DNA of 15,644 nt from an uncultured delta proteobacterium. Its GTDB lineage: Bacteria > Desulfobacterota > Desulfuromonadia > Desulfuromonadales > BM103. The notes below the pieces were generated by a model that saw only the letters and a program-made list of their open reading frames with translations, had not been told where the DNA came from and did no database searches. The translations under genes and the position numbers were made by a program. The DNA is taken from NCBI GenBank assembly GCA_963715335.1, contig CAVQRZ010000037.1, positions 1-15,644 on the forward strand, given 5' to 3'. Below are positions 7,706 through 14,448 of the stretch, in pieces; position 1 is the first letter of the stretch; every line of letters starts with the position of its first letter.

Positions 7706-8425
7706 ATGACCTCTCAAAAAACAGCTCTATTCATGCTCCCCGGCCTCGACGGCACCGGCCTGGTCTTCGAGCCGCTACTTAAACATCTCCCCGCAACCAT
7801 TGATCCGGTAATCGTACGCTACCCCGGTGACAAGCCCATGTCCTTCCAGGAACATATCGATTTTGCCAGGGCCCGGCTGCCAGGCGACAAACCCTTTGTC
7901 ATGCTCGCAGAGTCCTTTTCCGGCCCGATCGGTCTGCAGCTGCTCGCTGTCCCCCCGGCAAACCTGACCGGGGTCATTTTCGTTGCAACCTTTGAACGCT
8001 ACCCGAAACCCTTTCTGCTCGATGTGGCCCGCCTCCTGCCCCAGGGCCTGCTTCTGAAACTGTTCGCGACGAATCTGCCCTGCCGCTTGTTCTGCCTTGG
8101 TTCTGCGGATCGCAAGGCCGTAGCCCTTTTTCAAAAAGCCCTGGCGAGCGTCAGGCTGCCCGTCCTCTCACAGCGACTGAAAATTCTTGCCGAACTGCCG
8201 CCCCCGCCGGAAACGGGCTTTAGCGGGCCGTGCCTGTACCTTCAGGCCGGTCACGATCGCCTGGTCCCTGAACGTGCTGCGGGCAGGCTCCAGAGACACC
8301 TTCCGCAAATGCAGCTGGAGCAGATTCCCGGTCCGCATATTATCCTGTTAGCCGAGCCGGAAGCGGGTGCCAGGGCAATCGGCAACTTCATCGACAGTCT
8401 GTCGGAGCAAGCGTGCACGAGTTGA
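7706..8425 (+). CDS. Alpha/beta-fold hydrolase
   Basis: LPGLDGTG oxyanion-loop-like motif, LAESFSG nucleophile elbow, candidate Asp (HDRLV) and candidate His (GPHII). Confidence 0.85.
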   Translation: MTSQKTALFMLPGLDGTGLVFEPLLKHLPATIDPVIVRYPGDKPMSFQEHIDFARARLPGDKPFVMLAESFSGPIGLQLLAVPPANLTGVIFVATFERYPKPFLLDVARLLPQGLLLKLFATNLPCRLFCLGSADRKAVALFQKALASVRLPVLSQRLKILAELPPPPETGFSGPCLYLQAGHDRLVPERAAGRLQRHLPQMQLEQIPGPHIILLAEPEAGARAIGNFIDSLSEQACTS

Positions 8426-8775
8426 CCGCAGAACAACTGAGCGAGCAGCACCGGGCTTTGCTCAAACTGCGCAAGGAGATGCAAAAGCAGCTCGAAGACT
8501 CCCGTGACGGGGCCAAACCGGTCAGTCTCGATGAACCGATCGGCAGGCTCTCGCGCATGGATGCCATCCAGCAACAGAGCATGGTGCAGGCCAACCGCCG
8601 CACCGCCCGAACCAGGTTGACGCGCATCGAAGCCGCCCTGCGTCGATACGACAACGATGCATACGGGCTGTGCATGGAATGTGAAGAAGAGATCGGCTAC
8701 GCCAGACTTAAAGCACAGCCGGAAGCAACCTTCTGTATCGGCTGCCAAGGGAACAGGGAGGCGCGAGATGCCTAA
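8413..8775 (+). CDS. TraR/DksA C4-type zinc-finger protein
   Basis: YGLCMECEEEI...RL...P...FCIGCQ and an N-terminal coiled coil containing GRLSRMDAIQQQ. GTG start preceded by GGAG. Confidence 0.9.
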   Translation: MHELTAEQLSEQHRALLKLRKEMQKQLEDSRDGAKPVSLDEPIGRLSRMDAIQQQSMVQANRRTARTRLTRIEAALRRYDNDAYGLCMECEEEIGYARLKAQPEATFCIGCQGNREARDA

Positions 8776-8793
8776 ATCTTTTTTGTTGTTTCC

Positions 8794-8821
8794 CCGTACC
8801 TCGTTCCCCTAACCCCGCACC
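8794..8821. repeat. Degenerate N5-CC heptamer tandem array (4 units)
   Basis: ccgtacc tcgttcc cctaacc ccgcacc, the reverse-complement orientation of the array at 3026-3062. Confidence 0.7.
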
Positions 8822-8828
8822 TGCTTTT

Positions 8829-9491
8829 ATGAACCTTTCCTCGAAAAACCGATTGACTGACAAGGAGCTGTTTCTCTTCCCCGGCGACACCCTGTTCGAC
8901 AAACTGGGACGAGCTGTCTGCGAAGCCGGATGCCTGCCGCGCAAGGAACTTTTTGAAGCGTGGGAAGTCGCCCGGCGGGTAAGACGTCGGTTTCGCGGCG
9001 GGCGCGTCGTCGACCTGGCGTGCGGTCATGGTTTGACTGCGACCCTGCTCCTGCTGCTCGACGACACCTCGCCGGAGGCTTATGCAGTAGACCGATCGAT
9101 CCCGGCCTCTGCCCGCAAACTGCATGAGGTACTGGTGAAGAGTTGGCCAAAACTGGAGGGGAGGATTACTTTCGAAGCAAGGCCTCTGGCAGACTTTCAG
9201 CTTTTAACGCGCGACCTGGTCGTCTCCGTGCACGCCTGCGGCGGTCTCACCGACCTGGTCCTGGACCGGGCATCAACTGCCGGAGCACGTCTTGCCGTAT
9301 TGCCCTGCTGTCACAACCTGGATGAATCGGACAAGGGCAACCTGGATGGGTGGGTCGATGGCCCCATGGCGGTAGATATCAGCCGGGCCAATCGACTAAA
9401 AAGTAAAGGTTACCGTATCTACACGCACACCATTCCGGCAAATATCACACCAAAGAATCGACTCTTGATGGCTGAACCGTCCAAAGACTAA
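8829..9491 (+). CDS. SAM-dependent methyltransferase (Methyltransf_32-like), substrate unknown
   Basis: VVDLACGHGL motif I, plus SVHACGGLTD, VLPCCH and TPKNRLL. Confidence 0.85.
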   Translation: MNLSSKNRLTDKELFLFPGDTLFDKLGRAVCEAGCLPRKELFEAWEVARRVRRRFRGGRVVDLACGHGLTATLLLLLDDTSPEAYAVDRSIPASARKLHEVLVKSWPKLEGRITFEARPLADFQLLTRDLVVSVHACGGLTDLVLDRASTAGARLAVLPCCHNLDESDKGNLDGWVDGPMAVDISRANRLKSKGYRIYTHTIPANITPKNRLLMAEPSKD

Positions 9492-9516
9492 AATTTTCGC
9501 GTCCCCCGTCCCGACT

Positions 9517-10383
9517 TTAAAAAACCCAGCCATCATCCCCCTCGTCCAGCCACAAATAGTCGGCAATCTTCACATTGACATTGCGACGGTCGAGACGACC
9601 GACAACCTCGGGGAGAACCACCCGATAGCTGATGTCGGCCTGCTCGACCAACTGCCGGGGAATGCCGAATTTCCAGGCATGGCCGCTGCCGGCCATGACC
9701 ACAACCCGGTAATCCGGGTTTTCCTTGAGGAAGTCAATCAGGTTCCTGGCCATCACGGTGTCCCAGAGCAATTGTGCTTCGCAGAAATAGAGGTACTGGC
9801 TGCCGTGGCCGCCATGGCCGCCCATGGCCTGTCGTATAAATTCGCCATAACTCTGGTTGACCTCACACTGGACATTGCCAAGCAGCAGGCGTTCCTGATT
9901 CGATAATGATTTGTAGCCGTTTCTGGCGACCTTCCTGGTAATAGCGCTCGGGATATTCAGGCCAACCATCTTCAAATTTTCATTACGGGCATGCATGAAT
10001 ATCCGGCTGTATGCAGGCCACATGGCCCAGTTCTCTCTATAGACTTCCATGAACTCCACAAGGGATATTTTTCCGGAAGTCCAGACATCGAGATCTTCCT
10101 GGCTGTCCCGGCGAAACATCTCCAGACCGATCGCCAGGGGTCTTTCGTCATTATCGAGAGCATCGATGATGGAAAGTTGAGCCTGGTGGTGGCCATGGTT
10201 GTCATGGAGTTCACCAACGAAGATGACCTGTGCCTTGCGCAGATCATCAAGCATGACATCAGGGGCAACTTCGACTTTTTCCTGCACATCCAGCAGATGC
10301 GGGTGAGCCAGCGCGGCAGCGGGTGCCATCCATGCAAGGCATGCCAGCAGGATCTTCAGCGTCACGATACTTGTGGGTTTCAT
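9517..10383 (-). CDS. ChaN-family (DUF399) exported protein
   Basis: Signal peptide ending AAALA. Motifs VIFVGELHDN, GLEMF, QLLWDTVMA and AGSGHA. ATGA overlap with the upstream peptidase. Confidence 0.85.
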   Translation of the reverse strand: MKPTSIVTLKILLACLAWMAPAAALAHPHLLDVQEKVEVAPDVMLDDLRKAQVIFVGELHDNHGHHQAQLSIIDALDNDERPLAIGLEMFRRDSQEDLDVWTSGKISLVEFMEVYRENWAMWPAYSRIFMHARNENLKMVGLNIPSAITRKVARNGYKSLSNQERLLLGNVQCEVNQSYGEFIRQAMGGHGGHGSQYLYFCEAQLLWDTVMARNLIDFLKENPDYRVVVMAGSGHAWKFGIPRQLVEQADISYRVVLPEVVGRLDRRNVNVKIADYLWLDEGDDGWVF

Positions 10384-12440
10384 CTCGTTACGTCCTTATG
10401 AAAAAGTGTCTTCAAAGGGGCATTAGCAGGCTCCCAGGTTGCCTTGATCCGGTTTTGGCCGTCGCGGAACACGAGGTAGCTGTAACGTCCATAGTGCGGG
10501 ATGCGATGGGCCGTGTCTTCTGCAGCAGCAATCGAGCCAGGCAGGAAGTAGGCGACTACCTGATCGGCTTTTGCCATTTTCCTGACCATAAAGAGGACAT
10601 CCCCGTTAGCGTCGTTCAGCTTGCCGCTGACGGTAAACTGTTGTGCAGATTCAGTGACTTCAGGCGGCAGGTCAGGTTGCAATGTCTGGCTTCGCGGCCA
10701 ACCCAGAAAGAGGATGTCCCTGCCGGGCGAAGGCGCGGCCAGATACATCTCTTCGTTGATGATTGCCGACTGGTGCCATTGCAGGCCACGCAACAAGTTC
10801 CGGGAGGCCTCGATCAACTTTTCAGAGCCCGAGGCGACCACTATCAAAGGGCTTTTAGAAGCTCGCAGGTCATTGACGGTGGCTGGCAGCTCTGCCGGAT
10901 CGAGCCTGCGGAAGAGCCGGCTATCCTGGTCAACGGTAAGACTGACCGGCTGCTCCGTAACGGTGAAGACGAAGCATTCCTGGTTACCGGCGAGGTCGAC
11001 CACCTGCTCGTAGACCAAGCCCTCCGTAACCAGTTGCAGCGGAACGGCAAGCTGGTAAACCGGTCCATCCTGACTGATATTCCCCGAGATCTGCCAAACC
11101 GGCCCGGTATTGGTGACTTCGACGCCGGAAAGGCTCAGGTACGGCGCGCCTGGTCGCTTGACCCATTGGACGAAGAAGGTGTCCAGATCGACATCGGAGA
11201 CCGCTCCGAAGTGCCGCTGCAGATCGGCCCAGCCGTATTCCTTGCCAATGCCATCGCGAGCGATACTCTGCAACCCTTTCCAGAAAGCTTCATCACCGAT
11301 CAGGCCCCGCAGCATATGAAAGACCATGGCGGCCTTACCATAGCCGACCGCCTGGTCACGCCTGGATGCCCGGCTGCGGAACGCAGAAAGTGGCAACGAG
11401 TCCTCTTCAGCCGCCAGCGAAGCATAATCGCGGAGGATTTTCCGGCGATACTCGAGAGCTTCCTGCGGATCATCGCGTTCCTTCAAATAGTAGTCGGCGA
11501 CATATGTAGCCAGACCTTCAGCCCAGTTGCCTGAGGCATAGTCGACCTCTATCGCATTGCCCCACCAGGCGTGAGCGATCTCGTGCGGCAGGCTGGTCGT
11601 GCGAATAAAGGGCAGCCGGACCACGCTGCTACCGAGCAGCGTCCACCCCGGCAGACCGTAGCCGGTGGGGTAGAAGTTTTCCACCACGGCAAATTTTTCG
11701 TAGGGATAAGGGCCGAACAGCTCCTGGTAGAGGGACAGGTACTCGCGGACCGATTCGAGGTAGCCGGCAGCCAGGGGGAGATTGCCCTCGCTGAAAAAAG
11801 CCAGCAACTGGATCTCGCCGAGGCTGTCGCGCCGGAGCTGATAATGGCCCGCAGCCAGAGACATCGCAGACGGTTGCAAAACGGTTTGCCAGGTTGTCAC
11901 CGTCTCGACTGCCGTCTTGGTAATATTCATCAGGCGACCGGATGTCACACCGGTCAAATTCACCGGTCCGGTGATCGTGATTGTGAACCGCTGGGGAGTA
12001 TCAACCGCATGGGGATACCAGCCGGACGCAGCAGACAGGTAAGTGCCCTCCGGCATGATCGTCGCCCGGACCCCATAGGAAGGGTCTTCAATGCCAACCG
12101 TGTCGCTGGGGACGGGATCATCGAACACGACCGTGTAACGGATCGACAGTGCCGACCACTCGCCAGCAGCGGGAATCCGTAATTGCCCGCCGTTAAAATC
12201 AAACGCCAGGGGTCTGTCATCCACAGCGACCGACTCGACCCTTGCCTGGGGGGCGAGCAGAAAGAACCCGGGCCACTCCTGCCTGTCGCCAGCCAGGGTG
12301 ATGGTCGCCTCTGCTGTGAGCCGATGCGCCGCCGGCTCGAGCCGGATGGAGATCCGTTGCTCAATGTGACCGGCAGCCATCACCTCGAAAGGCAGTATGC
12401 TGCAGAAGACCAGGGTCATGGACAAGGCAATTCGGTACAT
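10380..12440 (-). CDS. Exported M1-family zinc metallopeptidase
   Basis: HEIAH with a downstream WAEGLA, LFGPYPYEKF, and a catalytic-Tyr region GYGKAAMVFHML. I placed the start at the ATG at 12440 because a signal peptide (MYRIALSMTLVFCSILPFEVMA) begins there. The 74 upstream codons in the ORF track look non-coding. Confidence 0.88.
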   Translation of the reverse strand: MYRIALSMTLVFCSILPFEVMAAGHIEQRISIRLEPAAHRLTAEATITLAGDRQEWPGFFLLAPQARVESVAVDDRPLAFDFNGGQLRIPAAGEWSALSIRYTVVFDDPVPSDTVGIEDPSYGVRATIMPEGTYLSAASGWYPHAVDTPQRFTITITGPVNLTGVTSGRLMNITKTAVETVTTWQTVLQPSAMSLAAGHYQLRRDSLGEIQLLAFFSEGNLPLAAGYLESVREYLSLYQELFGPYPYEKFAVVENFYPTGYGLPGWTLLGSSVVRLPFIRTTSLPHEIAHAWWGNAIEVDYASGNWAEGLATYVADYYLKERDDPQEALEYRRKILRDYASLAAEEDSLPLSAFRSRASRRDQAVGYGKAAMVFHMLRGLIGDEAFWKGLQSIARDGIGKEYGWADLQRHFGAVSDVDLDTFFVQWVKRPGAPYLSLSGVEVTNTGPVWQISGNISQDGPVYQLAVPLQLVTEGLVYEQVVDLAGNQECFVFTVTEQPVSLTVDQDSRLFRRLDPAELPATVNDLRASKSPLIVVASGSEKLIEASRNLLRGLQWHQSAIINEEMYLAAPSPGRDILFLGWPRSQTLQPDLPPEVTESAQQFTVSGKLNDANGDVLFMVRKMAKADQVVAYFLPGSIAAAEDTAHRIPHYGRYSYLVFRDGQNRIKATWEPANAPLKTLFHKDVTR

Positions 12441-12447
12441 GCGGATA

Positions 12448-12456
12448 AGTATATCA
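12448..12456 (-). promoter_or_regulatory. Putative extended -10 promoter (TGnTATACT) giving a leaderless mRNA
   Basis: The minus strand reads tg-a-tatact-tatccgc-ATG, with no Shine-Dalgarno before the ATG. Confidence 0.45.
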
Positions 12457-12606
12457 TTAAAGATTGTCGAAGTGTGAACATGGCTCGTCTGCAACCGGTT
12501 GCGCTGCCCGATTGAACAAGAGCGTGCCGGCATCGTCCTGATCATCGCTGAAGTTACTGCGATCCGTAGACCACACCGGGCAAACTCGTGCATACTCTTG
12601 AAAGGA

Positions 12607-12636
12607 TTGCCATGCATGACCCGGAAAAGATACAAT
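12607..12636 (+). promoter_or_regulatory. Putative sigma70 promoter for the PPTase gene
   Basis: TTGCCA-N18-TACAAT, ending 40 nt before the GTG start. Confidence 0.4.
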
Positions 12637-12676
12637 CCGACGAAGTGCTGATCTTGTGACAAGACAGGAAGATTAA

Positions 12677-13369
12677 GTGGCTAACATCTATATCCACTCA
12701 TTCCGGTTCGGAGACAACCTCCATCTAGTCGATAAAGCCTCGTCCCGTCTCTCGGGCGAAGAGCTGGTTCGCGCAGGCAGGTTCAAGGTTGAACCCGCCA
12801 GAAAAAACTTTCTTATCTCGCATTATCTCCTGAGGCAGACACTTTCCCGATACCTGCAAACAGACGCCAGTTCGATCCGCTATCGCTACGGAGAACATGG
12901 CAAACCGCATCTGGCCGCTGCCGATGAACGGACCCTGCAGTTCAGCCTGTCCCACAGCGGCAACAGACTCCTGGTTGCGGTCTGCCGTGATGGCGAAATT
13001 GGCGTAGATATTGAGTTGATTCAGGAAAGCAGCAACCCCCTGCAGCTTGCGCGTCATTTCATGACCGGGGACGAGGTATTACAATTATCCGGGCTTGAAG
13101 ACCCGGCGACGCAGCGGGAATTCTTCTTTACCCTCTGGACCCGCAAGGAGGCATACGTCAAATCACTCGGCAAGGGGCTCTTCCATCCACTCAGTGAAAC
13201 CGTCATGACTGAGGTCTCTGCAGGCGTCCACGCCCCAAGCTCAGAAGACCATCGCGATTACCGGGTGGTCGACCTGGATATCGCCGAGGGTTACAAGGCT
13301 GCGGTTGCGATCCATATGGATGGCGACAACGATTCAGGCACAATCGGGATAAAGGTGTTTGAACAATAA
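12677..13369 (+). CDS. Sfp-type 4'-phosphopantetheinyl transferase
   Basis: Motifs HGKPHL, FSLSHSG, IGVDIE and FFTLWTRKEAYVKSLGKGL. Confidence 0.93.
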   Translation: MANIYIHSFRFGDNLHLVDKASSRLSGEELVRAGRFKVEPARKNFLISHYLLRQTLSRYLQTDASSIRYRYGEHGKPHLAAADERTLQFSLSHSGNRLLVAVCRDGEIGVDIELIQESSNPLQLARHFMTGDEVLQLSGLEDPATQREFFFTLWTRKEAYVKSLGKGLFHPLSETVMTEVSAGVHAPSSEDHRDYRVVDLDIAEGYKAAVAIHMDGDNDSGTIGIKVFEQ

Positions 13370-13406
13370 AAAAAGCGATGCTCCCAGACAGGATGAGCAT
13401 CGCTTT
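13368..13406 (-). terminator. Intrinsic terminator between the convergent PPTase and rhodanese genes (probably bidirectional)
   Basis: aaagcgatgctc-N11-gagcatcgcttt. The A7 run at 13368-13374 gives a U-tract on the minus strand. Confidence 0.8.
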
Positions 13407-13484
13407 AGATTTAAATATCAACGGAGAACTCCTACATAGTCTCGGTCGGCGGTCGAGACGGGCCACCCAACGCAAGTCTTGAAC

Positions 13485-14219
13485 TCAGCTGACCTGCTTG
13501 ACCGGCCGGCCTTCGAGAACCCACTTCTGGACACCACCATCGACCATGACAACATCCTCGTAACCTTGATCAACCAGGTATTTCACGGCCGTAGGGGCGC
13601 GGTGGCCCTTCAGACAGATCACCACGACCTTTTTGTCTTTGGGTATTTGCGGCAGGCTGACATTCAATTCATCGAGGGGTATATGCACACGTTTGGCATG
13701 ATCAATGTAGAACTTGCTGGCATCTTCCTTGAGGTTGATGTCAAGCAGAATGATATCATCGTTATCCAGCATGGCGGCCAGTTCCACTGTCGATATCTGT
13801 CTGACCTCAATATCCGGCAGCGGCCTGACAGTGACCAGGGGATATCCGGCCCTCTCCCAACCTGGAATCCCCTCGCGGAACGCATAGACGTTCTTGTACC
13901 CCATCTCAACGGCTTTCTCGGCAGCCCGCCATGAAGCAACGCATTTGATTCCCAGGCAATAAAAAACAATATTTCTTTCTTTATCGTTTGGCAGCTCATA
14001 TTCCAGCATGTCCATAACGATATTGACGGAACCTTTGATGTGCTTGTTGTCAAACTCTATAGGACTGAGTGGGAAAACCACCAGTGCGCCGCCATTATCC
14101 ATCAGCGCTTTCGTACCTGCCGCATCGATGTCCTGGTAGCCTTTCTCAGCGAGCGCACAAGTTGAAGTTAAGAGTACGGACATAGTCCCGGCCATCAGAA
14201 TCAACAGTAGCTTACGCAT
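13485..14219 (-). CDS. Exported tandem rhodanese-domain protein (sulfurtransferase-like)
   Basis: Signal peptide. Domain 1: HIKGSVNI, FYCLGIKC, EGIPGW. Domain 2: VICLKGHRA, DGGVQKW. GGGAGGT ribosome-binding site. Confidence 0.92.
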   Translation of the reverse strand: MRKLLLILMAGTMSVLLTSTCALAEKGYQDIDAAGTKALMDNGGALVVFPLSPIEFDNKHIKGSVNIVMDMLEYELPNDKERNIVFYCLGIKCVASWRAAEKAVEMGYKNVYAFREGIPGWERAGYPLVTVRPLPDIEVRQISTVELAAMLDNDDIILLDINLKEDASKFYIDHAKRVHIPLDELNVSLPQIPKDKKVVVICLKGHRAPTAVKYLVDQGYEDVVMVDGGVQKWVLEGRPVKQVS

Positions 14220-14254
14220 ATTCTTGACCTCCCAATAGAACCATAGGTTAGAGA

Positions 14255-14270
14255 ATTAGCACGTGCTAAT
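14255..14270. promoter_or_regulatory. Perfect 16-bp palindrome, candidate operator of the rhodanese gene
   Basis: ATTAGCACGTGCTAAT, 35 nt upstream of the ATG and overlapping a minus-strand TATGAT (14269-14274). Confidence 0.5.
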
Positions 14271-14448
14271 CATACATGAACTACGAGAAAAAACCTATAA
14301 AAATACCGCCAGGAATGCCTTTATTGACTTGAATAATTGCGTCTATTGACGATAGGGGTGCTTCATTAGCCGGAAGGGCGCGTGTAATTTCTGCCAAGAT
14401 GGGACAGTAAAAGGCGGATCCGTTACCCTCGTTTATTGTTTGGTGTTT

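Noticed and set aside
3026..8821. Dispersed repeats as a CRISPR array
   Set aside because: There is no regular repeat-spacer periodicity and no cas genes. The copies are isolated in separate intergenic regions.
10323..11534. 403-aa plus-strand ORF (also 11571-12182)
   Set aside because: It is antisense to the M1 peptidase and has no recognisable motifs. It is a typical shadow ORF of a GC-rich gene.
12441..12662. 74-codon N-terminal extension of the M1 peptidase in the ORF track
   Set aside because: It precedes a clear signal peptide, is not protein-like, and overlaps candidate promoters on both strands.
13203..13487. Selenocysteine read-through of the rhodanese terminal TGA into the in-frame 90-aa ORF
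   Set aside because: The rhodanese domain is already complete at the stop. The extension is not protein-like, crosses the terminator and runs antisense into the PPTase.
14255..14270. Canonical CIRCE/HrcA site
   Set aside because: It lacks the inner TC/GA bases and the 9-nt spacer. I kept it only as an unidentified palindrome.
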